Below are positions 1 to 8,962 of a stretch of DNA of 64,000 nt, in pieces. Below the pieces are notes generated by a model. That model saw only the letters and a list, made by a program, of their open reading frames with translations. It ran no database searches and was not told the DNA's origin. The stretch lies in the NCBI GenBank assembly GCA_963662525.1, contig OY759717.1, forward strand, positions 1,608,392 through 1,672,391. The letters run 5' to 3'. The DNA is from Bacteroidales bacterium. Lineage in GTDB: Bacteria; Bacteroidota; Bacteroidia; Bacteroidales; FEN-979. Within the stretch, counting starts at the first letter, position 1, and each line of letters begins with the position of its first letter. Made by a program: the position numbers and the translations under genes.

Positions 1-1115
1 AACTTGTCGAATACCCGGCGGCGGTATCGGGGGGCAATGCCCGGTCCGTTATCGCTCACAATGATCAGCACCTTATCTTGCTCTTTTCTGGTCATGATCC
101 GTACGATTGGATTTTCCCCGGCATATTTCAGGGCATTGTCGGTCATGTTGTAAAGGATGCTGCTCAGGTGAATGACGTCGGCCTCAATTTTGTCAATGTT
201 TGCATCAAGGCTTACTTCGGTTTGTGCGGAACTACCATGGTTTGCCATGAAATTATCCGTCACGGTCCGGACCAGTTCATTCAGCGCTATCCTTTCGATT
301 TTCAGCTGTATCCCGCTTTTCTCAAGTCGTGCAATCTGAAGCAGTTTCTCCACCAGGAGATTCAGCCGCTGGTTTTCCTGTTTGATGATCCAACCATACC
401 TGGACAAGCGCAACGGATCATTGACAATGTCGGGCTGAACCAGAATATCGGCTGAAATGTTAATGCTGGATATGGGAGTCTTAAATTCGTGGGTCATATT
501 GTTGATGAAGTCCTTCTGCATCTCCGAAAACCTTTTCTGCTGAAGGATGATAAAAATGGCATATACAAAAAAAATGACCGACAGCAGCAGAATGGCAGTA
601 AAGAAAAACCAGATGGCCATATCCCCGGCCACCGAACTCCTTAAGGAAGGGAAACGGATCCCGAAATAATAGAGGTATTCACTGTATTTGGGTAAATTGA
701 CGGTGAGTTTTGGGGCTTTGCTGGCGCCGTCGGAGGAGATATAGTCGCCGTAAACCATTTTATCGGTATGGCAATCGTAAATGGCATATTCATAGTCGGT
801 GTGCAAGTTCAGTTTCTCAAATTCTTTTTTCAGGTAAAACTCCAGGATGTTGGCATCAATCATGCTGTTCATGTCAACTACGAAATAATTCGATGTGAGT
901 TGTCGTACAGGATTACCGTAAGGAAGTGAAGTTCCATTAAGCCGGCTCATTTTTTCAGCCACGTTTTTTAATCCGATCTCCAGGGTTTGAGAAAACTGTT
1001 TCTCCCTGATGTTCCAGGCTTTCTGCAAGAAATAAGCCTGAACACTGATAATCCCGATAATGGAGATGGCTCCCAGCAGGACGACGAACCGGATCTGTTT
1101 ATGCCGCATATTCAT
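1..1115 (-). CDS. Membrane sensor histidine kinase (HisKA + HATPase_c), 3' end beyond the window edge
   Basis: Manual translation from ATG 1115 (absent from ORF track because no stop in window): N-terminal TM, H-box KDFINNMTHEFKTP, N-box LYNMTDNALKY, G1 box VSDNGPGIAP, F-box RVFDKF at the edge. Confidence 0.92.
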   Translation of the reverse strand, partial: MNMRHKQIRFVVLLGAISIIGIISVQAYFLQKAWNIREKQFSQTLEIGLKNVAEKMSRLNGTSLPYGNPVRQLTSNYFVVDMNSMIDANILEFYLKKEFEKLNLHTDYEYAIYDCHTDKMVYGDYISSDGASKAPKLTVNLPKYSEYLYYFGIRFPSLRSSVAGDMAIWFFFTAILLLSVIFFVYAIFIILQQKRFSEMQKDFINNMTHEFKTPISSINISADILVQPDIVNDPLRLSRYGWIIKQENQRLNLLVEKLLQIARLEKSGIQLKIERIALNELVRTVTDNFMANHGSSAQTEVSLDANIDKIEADVIHLSSILYNMTDNALKYAGENPIVRIMTRKEQDKVLIIVSDNGPGIAPRYRRRVFDK

Positions 1116-1140
1116 GTAAAAGTAAACAGAATTCAGGCGG

Positions 1141-1210
1141 TGTACAAGGTTTTAACATATTGTTTACACAGTTTTACATATCGTTTACAAAGATTTACAA
1201 GCCGTTAACC
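1141..1210. promoter_or_regulatory. Seven helically phased TTTACA-like hexamers in a divergent promoter; probable response-regulator binding array
   Basis: TGTACA 1141, TTAACA 1152, TTTACA 1163, 1173, 1184, 1194, TTAACC 1205; spacing 10-11 bp. Confidence 0.6.
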
Positions 1211-1277
1211 TGCTTTTCTGTTAAGCTGAATGATCTTTGCCCGGTATTCATTATTCATTCATTTAAAAAGTTAACCC

Positions 1278-1709
1278 ATGAAAAAAATGACCCTTTTACT
1301 AGCACTGATTGCTTCATTCGCCTTTTATGAAGTCAATGCACAAAACAACAGCGACAAAAATACGGTTGCAGCTTCCACGATTAAAACCAATGGTCCTGTA
1401 GCAAAACTGGACAAAATGTCGATCGATTTCGGGAACATCGAAAAAGGCATTCCAAAAACGGCTGATTTCATCCTGACCAACGATGGCAATGAACCATTAA
1501 TCATCGCTTCGGCTGTAGCGTCCTGCGGGTGTACCAACCTTAAATACGATAAGGAACCCATACTGCCAGGAAAGACCAGTACGATCTCAGCAACATATAA
1601 TGCTGTCGCTCCCGGACCATTTATGAAAAGCATCACCCTGAAAACCAATGCCGGTGATCCGTCTGTTGTTTTACAGATCAAGGGAACGGTGGTTGAGAAA
1701 AAGAACTGA
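1278..1709 (+). CDS. DUF1573 domain exported protein
   Basis: Signal peptide; DFG.I, F..TN.G.EPLII, ASCGCT, PILPG.T..I.ATYN motifs. Confidence 0.88.
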   Translation: MKKMTLLLALIASFAFYEVNAQNNSDKNTVAASTIKTNGPVAKLDKMSIDFGNIEKGIPKTADFILTNDGNEPLIIASAVASCGCTNLKYDKEPILPGKTSTISATYNAVAPGPFMKSITLKTNAGDPSVVLQIKGTVVEKKN

Positions 1710-1752
1710 TCGCTTACAAGTAAATTTTCTACCTTTGATCAAACCATTAACC

Positions 1753-2040
1753 ATGTTCGCTATTCATTCCATTTACCTGAAACCCATTGAGGTGGTTGAC
1801 CAGTATCTTCCAGCCCACCGTGCCTTTCTGAAAACACTATATGATCAGGGGATCACGATATGCTCCGGACCTAAGATCCCGCGCACCGGAGGCTTTATTC
1901 TGATGAATGCGGCATCAAAGGAAGAAGCGATTGAATTTATGAAGAATGATCCTTATGTGATCAACGGGGTGGCGGAATATTCAATAATTGAATTCGAGCC
2001 AAAGAGTTTTGCCAAAGGGTTCAGATCTTTTATAAAATAA
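1753..2040 (+). CDS. YciI family protein
   Basis: Start at MFAIHSIY; AHRAFL, SGPKIPRTGGFIL, DPYVINGVAEY motifs. Confidence 0.85.
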   Translation: MFAIHSIYLKPIEVVDQYLPAHRAFLKTLYDQGITICSGPKIPRTGGFILMNAASKEEAIEFMKNDPYVINGVAEYSIIEFEPKSFAKGFRSFIK

Positions 2041-2045
2041 AAACA

Positions 2046-2069
2046 GTTCTCCCTGAAATCAGGGAGAAC
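2046..2069 (-). terminator. Intrinsic terminator between convergent genes
   Basis: Perfect 10-bp stem GTTCTCCCTG/CAGGGAGAAC with 4-nt loop, followed by TGTTTTTATTTT on the minus strand. Confidence 0.75.
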
Positions 2070-2082
2070 CGGGGTGGACCGT

Positions 2083-4482
2083 CTAGAATTCAATCTTGTA
2101 ACTGATGAACGGCAGTATGCCCATGCCATGAACCGGTTCAATAGACTGGTTGTAATCATTGTAAACATACCCTGTGGCCGGTTGCTGGTTCAGGATGTTC
2201 TTGATCTGTATGGCCCAGATGCCTGAATATTTCTTGTGATTGGTACGGTAGGTCAGGGTAAGATCCAGGTAGTAAAACTCGGGAAGCCTTTCCTGGTATG
2301 CCCGGGATTCATCAAGGACTTCATCGTGCTGAATTTTCGATTGTTCCAGGTCGATGGGAACGTAATATTCACCTCCGGTCAGGGTGGCTTTCAGGTTAAC
2401 CCCAAGAATATTTTTCTTCCGGATGGTCCACTCTTTTCCACCCAGAATATTGATCACATAATTGGCATTGAAACGCGCATTCCGTTCTGTTCCATCTCCC
2501 CCTTTATATTTCGAGTCAAAAAGAGAAACAGTCACCAGATAATAATACTGACGGGTAAGAAATTTCTCCAGGGTTATATCGACTCCTGCATTCCTTCCTG
2601 TGCCTTCATTGACAAGGGTGTCATTATAGAATCCACCGCTGCTGTTGATCAGGGAATAATAATTACCGGGTATCACGGGAATATCATACAGATATTGATA
2701 ATAGGTTTCCACTTTCAGCCTCAGCGCCGGGCGGATCATATAATCGTAACCCATTACAAAATGATGTGAACGGCTGAAATTGAGGTTTCTGTTTGGCTGT
2801 AAACTGAGTTCAGGGTTGATTTGTACTCCGGTGAGGTAAACTCCCACATCCTCGGTTTGTGAATGTTTTCCGTAACCCAGGCTGAGGGCGTGTTTGCTGC
2901 CGACCTGCCAGCGCATGGCAATCCTGGGTTCAAGAGCATAATGACGATTCAGAAGGAAATACTGAAAATGAAGTCCAACATTCAGGGTGAAGGTATTCGT
3001 AATATCGATCTTCGACTCGCTGAAACCCTGGATCAGGTCGGTGTTACCTTTCCCGTGATAAATATCTGAAAAGATTCCCGTACCATGGTTCCTTGCCTGA
3101 ATATCGCTGTTGAAAAACAGCCGGTTATAAGTGAATCCGCTGCGGTTGGTATGCCGGGGCCCGAATTTATGGTTAAGCAGTATCCCTGCTGCAAAACGGA
3201 AATTTTCCTGCATGATGCTGTCCTGCGGCTGTATTGCATAAGTTGTTGACAGGTATCCGTTATCGAAATCTATGCTATTGTATGTTCCTGAAAGGTACGA
3301 ACGCAGATAGGTTCTCCGGGATAAGGGGATCTGGTGAATCAGTGCCAGTGCCCCCATATTGTTGTTCAGCAGGGATTGGGTCCGGTCCTCCAGGGTTTTC
3401 CAGCTTGTTGAATCCTGGTCGGGAATGTACTTTGAACGGGATATCCCTCCTAACCCGAGCAGTGAAAAAGTACCTGCCTTTTTGGTCGGAAGATTAATTT
3501 TAAACGAAAGATCCTGATAAGTCGGGATTTTATTTTTCATATCCGGGTCGATATACTGCAGAAAAGCCAGAATGGAATAACGGTAGTTAAAGAGGTATGA
3601 GGCCTGGCTTTTCCTGCTGAAAGGACCTTCGGCTGAGATATCCAGCCCCTGGATCCCTATCTGGAAAGCAAATTCATGACGGTTGCTGTTCCCGTTGCGG
3701 AAACGCATATCGAAAACGCCAGACAAGGCATTGCCATATTCGGCCGGGAAAGCGGCCGTATAAAAATCACTGTTCCCGAGTACCTGGCTGCTGAACATGG
3801 TCAGCCCCCCGCCGGAAGTGCCCACATAGGCGTAATGATTGGGGTTGGGAATGTCGACCCCATCGACCCGCCAGAGCAGTCCTTTGGGTGAATTCCCCCG
3901 GATCACGATCTCGTTGGAATTCACATCTGCACTGGAGGCCACCCCGGCGAAATTCGAGACTGCCCGCATAGGATCATCGGCAGAGCCGGCATAACGGCGG
4001 CTTTCTTCCACCGAAAAAGATCGGGCACTGATCAAGGCCATGCTGTTGACTGCCCGGTCCTTTTCAATGTTTGCCTTAATTTCCACCTCCTTTGCCTGGA
4101 TGACTTCCTCCTCAAGTTCAAACGAAAGGAAAGTTTCTTTTCCGCTGCTGACCAGAATTTCCAGCCTTACCACCGGCTTATAACCGATATAACTTGCCTG
4201 TAAGGATTGACGTCCCACCGGAACTTTCTCCAGTACAAAATTTCCATTGATATCGGTAGTAGTACCGATCAGGGGATCTGTATTCAACAATATGACATTG
4301 GCTCCCGGAAGTCCTGTTTTCGAATCAGTATCGAATACCCTTCCCCTGACTTTCTGGGTTGGGGTTTGGGCAGAAAGAGCCATGGAGGTCAGCAACAGGA
4401 TGAATAGAATGAGAAGTGCGCTGGTGAGTTGGTGAGTTGGTGAGTTGGTGGGTTGGTGAGATGGTGAGATGGATTGTTTCAT
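2083..4482 (-). CDS. TonB-dependent receptor (carboxypeptidase-regulatory-like domain, plug, barrel); no STN domain, no adjacent SusD
   Basis: Signal peptide, VRGRVFD..LPGANV, plug IVIRGNSP..VDGVDIPNPNH, YGNALSGVFD, C-terminal FISYKIEF. Confidence 0.92.
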   Translation of the reverse strand: MKQSISPSHQPTNSPTHQLTSALLILFILLLTSMALSAQTPTQKVRGRVFDTDSKTGLPGANVILLNTDPLIGTTTDINGNFVLEKVPVGRQSLQASYIGYKPVVRLEILVSSGKETFLSFELEEEVIQAKEVEIKANIEKDRAVNSMALISARSFSVEESRRYAGSADDPMRAVSNFAGVASSADVNSNEIVIRGNSPKGLLWRVDGVDIPNPNHYAYVGTSGGGLTMFSSQVLGNSDFYTAAFPAEYGNALSGVFDMRFRNGNSNRHEFAFQIGIQGLDISAEGPFSRKSQASYLFNYRYSILAFLQYIDPDMKNKIPTYQDLSFKINLPTKKAGTFSLLGLGGISRSKYIPDQDSTSWKTLEDRTQSLLNNNMGALALIHQIPLSRRTYLRSYLSGTYNSIDFDNGYLSTTYAIQPQDSIMQENFRFAAGILLNHKFGPRHTNRSGFTYNRLFFNSDIQARNHGTGIFSDIYHGKGNTDLIQGFSESKIDITNTFTLNVGLHFQYFLLNRHYALEPRIAMRWQVGSKHALSLGYGKHSQTEDVGVYLTGVQINPELSLQPNRNLNFSRSHHFVMGYDYMIRPALRLKVETYYQYLYDIPVIPGNYYSLINSSGGFYNDTLVNEGTGRNAGVDITLEKFLTRQYYYLVTVSLFDSKYKGGDGTERNARFNANYVINILGGKEWTIRKKNILGVNLKATLTGGEYYVPIDLEQSKIQHDEVLDESRAYQERLPEFYYLDLTLTYRTNHKKYSGIWAIQIKNILNQQPATGYVYNDYNQSIEPVHGMGILPFISYKIEF
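4422..4469. repeat. Six tandem 8-bp TGGTGAGT-like units inside the receptor signal-peptide coding region
   Basis: TGGTGAGT x3, TGGTGGGT, TGGTGAGA x2 = 48 bp. Confidence 0.9.
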
Positions 4483-4563
4483 CAGTTTTTTTGTCTTGGT
4501 TTATCTGATGACAGGCAAAATGTAAATTACCCCTATCTCCTGCGAAAAAAATGACAGAAAATC

Positions 4564-4624
4564 GCACCACTGCACCACTGCACCACTGCACCACTGCACC
4601 ATGGCACCATGGCACCATTCACCA
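4564..4624. repeat. Tandem 8-bp GCACCACT/GCACCATG array (TGGTGCnn on minus strand)
   Basis: About seven units directly downstream of the stop at 4632. Confidence 0.9.
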
Positions 4625-4631
4625 ACTTGAA

Positions 4632-6281
4632 TCAGAAACGGACGCCGAGGACTCCACCGAGCCACATCTGCATGGAAGCATTTTCGGTGGATCTGAAATA
4701 GAAATCATAGGTTGAAAGACCACGGGGGGTGGCACTGGGCTTGCCTTTGGAGAAAAGGAAGAAATTATAGGCCGGTCCCAGGAAAATGGCAAAATGCTTT
4801 GCAAAGCGGTATTCGATAGCCGGGGTGAATTTGCACAGCAATCCATGATAGATCGTATCGGTGGGGTGGTATACAAATCCTGCAGAAGCATCGATATTCA
4901 TCGACCAATTTTTCTTCAGCCTGAAAATTGTCCCGATACCGTAGGAAGCCTGTAACTTATAGTCGCTGCCCATACCCAGCTGAACAAAACTGTAAAAATG
5001 CCGGGTTCCCGATTTATAAGCCAGATTACCGTAAAAAATCTCATTACCTGAGACTTCAAAAAGATGGTACCCCTGCTGTACATAACTGAAAAGACCGATG
5101 GGAAAACCCCTTTCGAATGTGTTGGAAATATTGATTAAACCGATCTGGAATCCATTGACAATGGTGGCATAATTCAATAATCCGGCGATCTGTACGCCAT
5201 CATTATGATTTCTTGCAATGTTCAGGATGCCGGCGATCTGGCAACCATCCACATTATGTCCGTAATTCATTATACCGCTTAACTGCAGCTGTCTGACATC
5301 TTTTAATACAACATTGAGCATGCCGGAGAACTGCCAGCCATTTTCGTTTTTTCCAACGATATTTCCCAGTCCGGCTATCTGCAGTCCGCTGATGTTACTG
5401 CGAACGATATTTACCAGTCCGCCTGCTTCAAAACCTTTCAGTCCGCCGCTATAACCCACCAGCAGGTTCAGTGAAAACCGGTTGGTGATGGAACCGCTCA
5501 CCTTCCCGTTGGTGCTGAGATACGGTATGACGGATAAGTGCAAGGTTTGTGAGGTGCGTACTTCGAGATTCCTGGCATTCACAACCGTCATGCGGGGAAT
5601 CAGCCAGTTTATCGTGAACAGGCTGTCGATGCTGCTGATCTCAAGCATTCCTCCACGAGGATTCAAACGGATAAGACTTTCCTGTAACGGCCTGAGCGGG
5701 ATATTCAGCTGACATTTTCCGGCCAAATGGATAAAAACTACGGTATCGGCATAGCCTGATTTGCAAAATGTAAGGCTGATGACTTTTTTTGCTGATGGGA
5801 CCTTCATCTGGTAACTGCCGTTCACTGCAGTGATCGCCGAATACTTGTTTTCGACATCGTACACTGTGGCATCTTTCAGGGGATTGCGGTTAGCGGCATC
5901 AAAGATGATGCCGCTGAGCATTATAAAGGGGGGGGTCTGTTCTTGCTTCGGGGCGACTGATTTCCTGATCAGTATCACATGATTGCATACTTCCCTGGGG
6001 TAGATCTCTTTTCCGAGAATCTCTTTCAGCAATGTCCTTACTTGTGTATTGCTGGATTTGAGTTTTACCTGCCGGTCACCGGCAATCAGGTTTGCATCAT
6101 AGGAGAAGCTAAATTTTCCGGCCTTCCCGATCTCCCTGAGGGCAATATCAAGGCTGCATTCAGGAATATCGATGGAAATTTTCCGGGAAAGAAAACTTTC
6201 CTGTGAAAAACAAAACAGGGACTGAAGCAACAGAAAAAACAAGATCAGGCCTGATTTATTTACTGCCTTTGCTGCACCCAT
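4632..6281 (-). CDS. Outer-membrane protein with STN-like and carboxypeptidase-regulatory-like domains, GxQxxGxxN repeats and a C-terminal beta-barrel-like region
   Basis: LSRKISI..SLDIALREI..FSFSYDANLI (STN-like); LSGIIFDAANRNPLKDATV; about seven 15-16 aa repeats such as GLQIAGLGN, GCQIAGILN, GVQIAGLLN; C-terminal GVLGVRF. Confidence 0.75.
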   Translation of the reverse strand: MGAAKAVNKSGLILFFLLLQSLFCFSQESFLSRKISIDIPECSLDIALREIGKAGKFSFSYDANLIAGDRQVKLKSSNTQVRTLLKEILGKEIYPREVCNHVILIRKSVAPKQEQTPPFIMLSGIIFDAANRNPLKDATVYDVENKYSAITAVNGSYQMKVPSAKKVISLTFCKSGYADTVVFIHLAGKCQLNIPLRPLQESLIRLNPRGGMLEISSIDSLFTINWLIPRMTVVNARNLEVRTSQTLHLSVIPYLSTNGKVSGSITNRFSLNLLVGYSGGLKGFEAGGLVNIVRSNISGLQIAGLGNIVGKNENGWQFSGMLNVVLKDVRQLQLSGIMNYGHNVDGCQIAGILNIARNHNDGVQIAGLLNYATIVNGFQIGLINISNTFERGFPIGLFSYVQQGYHLFEVSGNEIFYGNLAYKSGTRHFYSFVQLGMGSDYKLQASYGIGTIFRLKKNWSMNIDASAGFVYHPTDTIYHGLLCKFTPAIEYRFAKHFAIFLGPAYNFFLFSKGKPSATPRGLSTYDFYFRSTENASMQMWLGGVLGVRF

Positions 6282-7296
6282 TCCCGCTTAAATTATAGTT
6301 TTTCCCTTTCATGCTGAGTTTTAATCCGAAGGATTCTGCTACGACCGTCATGATGCGGTCTGCAGGATCATTGACGAAGGAAGCTGAGAGCCGGCAGTTC
6401 AGTATATCCTGTTGGCTTACTGATACTTTAATATCAAAATATTGTTCCAGCATCCTGAAAACCTCTGCAAGCGGTGTTCCATTGAAATCAAAGGTATGAT
6501 TAACCCAGAACAAATTATCGGGAATTGAATCGGTAACTATTTCAGGACTAGCGGCTCCCGGTTTCAACGTACCTGTCATTCCTGCTTCCAGGACAATGGA
6601 TGAAGTGTCTTTAAGCAATGTATCGACAACAAAGAAAAGGACCCTCCCTTCGTTCACTGTAACCCGGATTTCCTTTTCAGGATATGCGGAAACATTAAAC
6701 GTTGTTCCCAGCACTTTTACTTTTGCCCTTCCGGCATCGACAATAAATGGCTTTAAAGGATCTTTTGATACATTAAAATATGCTTCTCCGGTGAGGGTCA
6801 GACAGCGCTCTTCATTTGTAAACTCTTCAGGATATGATAATTTTGATTGTCTGTTAAGTGTTACCATGGAGCCATCGGGAAGGGTATCGCTAATGATTGA
6901 TGTACCGGCTGCCATTTCAATTTCTTTCACTTTTACGGTAAAAAGGCGTATTGTTGTATAGATTCCGAATATCAGCAGGATCATGGCAGCGGCGCCCAAA
7001 GCAAACCGTAAAAAACGAATACTGACAGACTGCCTTGATATTCCTGCAAGTGGTTTCTCCAGGTCTTTGGTCCGGTCAGAAAAACGCTCCCAGGCTTTAT
7101 CAACATCCACTACCAAGGGAGGGGGATTGAGCTTGCCGGTTTCCAGCCACAGCGCTTCCAGCCGGTCGAGGTTTTTCCTGTTCCCGCTATCTGCATCCAG
7201 CCAGTTTTCCACCATACTGCGGTTTTCATTCTCCGTATTTCCAAGAAGGTACTGAAGCAGTAAACTTTCGTCGATATCCTGATTGTTTTGGTTCAT
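6256..7296 (-). CDS. fecR: FecR-family anti-sigma factor
   Basis: LLQYLLG..VENWL N-terminus, one TM, LPDGSMVTLN..SKLSYP, LTGEAYFNV..PFIV, VKVLGTTFNV, DUF4974-like C-terminus. Confidence 0.92.
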   Translation of the reverse strand: MNQNNQDIDESLLLQYLLGNTENENRSMVENWLDADSGNRKNLDRLEALWLETGKLNPPPLVVDVDKAWERFSDRTKDLEKPLAGISRQSVSIRFLRFALGAAAMILLIFGIYTTIRLFTVKVKEIEMAAGTSIISDTLPDGSMVTLNRQSKLSYPEEFTNEERCLTLTGEAYFNVSKDPLKPFIVDAGRAKVKVLGTTFNVSAYPEKEIRVTVNEGRVLFFVVDTLLKDTSSIVLEAGMTGTLKPGAASPEIVTDSIPDNLFWVNHTFDFNGTPLAEVFRMLEQYFDIKVSVSQQDILNCRLSASFVNDPADRIMTVVAESFGLKLSMKGKNYNLSGNGCSKGSK

Positions 7297-7371
7297 CTAT
7301 GTCTTCTGAATGACAACTTAAACATCCACTACCCCTATCCAAAAATTAAATATTCAACCATTAACTCCCTT

Positions 7372-7406
7372 ACTTTGTTACTTTGTCACTTTGTTACCTT
7401 GTCACC
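7372..7406. repeat. 8-bp-period array (AAGTGACA/AAGTAACA on minus strand) after the sigma stop codon
   Basis: 34 of 35 bp identical to 36172-36206. Confidence 0.85.
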
Positions 7407-7409
7407 TTT

Positions 7410-7982
7410 TTAATCCCTGAACACCTCAAAGAAAAACAGAATCAGCCAGGGCAGGTATTCCGCAAGTTCTTCCCTGAGGGTTCTCAAAGCTTTGCTAATC
7501 TGATTTTCAACGGTTTTAACCGATATGCCAAGTTTTGCACCAATCTCGGCATAAGTAAGGTTTTCATAGCGACTCAGAATGAAGACCTTGCGGCGTTCAA
7601 GGGGAAGTTTGTCGATCGCTTCCCTGATTTTCTGCTCCAGTTCAGAAACGATCATCTTCTCCTCATGTGACCTTTCAAAACCCTCTCCCAGGGCTTCATT
7701 CCAGGTTTTATAGGCTTCCCTTACCTCCAGGTGTTTAATCAGGTTCATGCATCCATTGCGAACTGCCCTGAAAAGATAACTTCGAATGGATGTCGTAATC
7801 TTAATGGATTCCCTGTTAACCCAGATTTTAATCATCACCTCCTGCACGATCTCTTCCGCCGCATCCGGATCCTGCAGAAAACTGTTGGCATAACCACATA
7901 AAGTGCTGTAATAGAAACGAAAGAGCCTTTCAAAACCAGTCCTGTTCTGTATTATAAATCCTTCTTCCGGAGTCTGGTCCAT
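7410..7982 (-). CDS. ECF RNA polymerase sigma-70 factor (Bacteroidota expansion family)
   Basis: AEEIVQEV..IW, YLFRAVRN (region 2); LPLERRKVFILSR..TYAEIG..LGISVKTVENQISKAL (region 4). Confidence 0.95.
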   Translation of the reverse strand: MDQTPEEGFIIQNRTGFERLFRFYYSTLCGYANSFLQDPDAAEEIVQEVMIKIWVNRESIKITTSIRSYLFRAVRNGCMNLIKHLEVREAYKTWNEALGEGFERSHEEKMIVSELEQKIREAIDKLPLERRKVFILSRYENLTYAEIGAKLGISVKTVENQISKALRTLREELAEYLPWLILFFFEVFRD

Positions 7983-8074
7983 TTAATCATCATTTCATTT
8001 TGGTTCAGCGAATATAAATTGAATTTCCGGAAAATGATGTAACTTTCCGGCTGATTTTACCAGTTTATTTCATT

Positions 8075-8956
8075 ATGAACATCATTGAAATAAGCCATCT
8101 TACAAAATCTTACGGACGCTCAAGGGGGGTGGCTGATCTTAGTCTGGTTGTGCCTGAAGGTGATATTTTCGGGTTCATTGGTCCCAATGGTGCCGGAAAA
8201 TCAACCACCATAAGGATATTGCTCAACCTGATTTTTCCCACTTCAGGGAAGGCCTCTGTCTTCGGGCTTGATGTGGTGAAGGATTCAAAGCAGATCCGGG
8301 GCCGCCTGGGTTATATACCCTCCGATGCCAGTTTGTACGACCGTATGAGCGTGAAGGAATTCATCCATTTCGGAGCTGCTTTTTATGGGGCCCACAATGA
8401 TAATGAACGGATTCATTATCTGCTGGACATTCTTGACTTAGATCCAGGAAGAAAGATCGCCGAGCTTTCGATGGGCAATAAGAAAAAGGTATCGATCATC
8501 CAGGCCATGGTGCATCAGCCGGAGTTACTCATCCTCGATGAGCCGACTTCCGGGCTGGATCCGCTGATACAATCCAGGTTTTTTGACCTGCTGCGTGAGG
8601 AAAACCGACAGGGAACCACCGTGTTTTTTTCATCCCATACGCTGAGTGAAGTCCAGGCCCTCTGTAAAACCGTGGCCGTTGTCAGGGATGGAAAAATTGT
8701 CAATGTGGAGGAGATCGCTTCAATGCGCAAAAAACAACTGAAAAAGGTGAGTATTTTATTCCCTGATGAGCATTCGTTGGAGGAACTGGGACTTAAAGGG
8801 ATAGTACCTGTTGAGTCGCCAAAAGGGAAAAAACTGGTCTTTCTCTATTCTGGTGAAATCAACTCCCTGGTGGCAAAACTTGCCCAACAGCCGGTCGACA
8901 ACCTTTCCATAGAAGAGCCGCCGCTGGAAGAGATCTTTCTGCATTATTACAAGTAA
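8075..8956 (+). CDS. ABC-2 type exporter ATP-binding protein
   Basis: Walker A GPNGAGKST, signature LSMGN, Walker B LILDEPTSGLDP, SSH switch. Confidence 0.95.
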   Translation: MNIIEISHLTKSYGRSRGVADLSLVVPEGDIFGFIGPNGAGKSTTIRILLNLIFPTSGKASVFGLDVVKDSKQIRGRLGYIPSDASLYDRMSVKEFIHFGAAFYGAHNDNERIHYLLDILDLDPGRKIAELSMGNKKKVSIIQAMVHQPELLILDEPTSGLDPLIQSRFFDLLREENRQGTTVFFSSHTLSEVQALCKTVAVVRDGKIVNVEEIASMRKKQLKKVSILFPDEHSLEELGLKGIVPVESPKGKKLVFLYSGEINSLVAKLAQQPVDNLSIEEPPLEEIFLHYYK

Positions 8957-8962
8957 AGCAAC

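Noticed and set aside
1-60. Suspected frameshift in the kinase at the G run near 29-34
   Set aside because: Recounting six G keeps the frame (DNGPGIAPRYRRRVFDKF)
4325-4618. 97-aa ORF with repeated WCxGAVV, and similar repeat-derived ORFs at 45347-45571 and 45502-46083
   Set aside because: Translation artefacts of octamer arrays overlapping real genes
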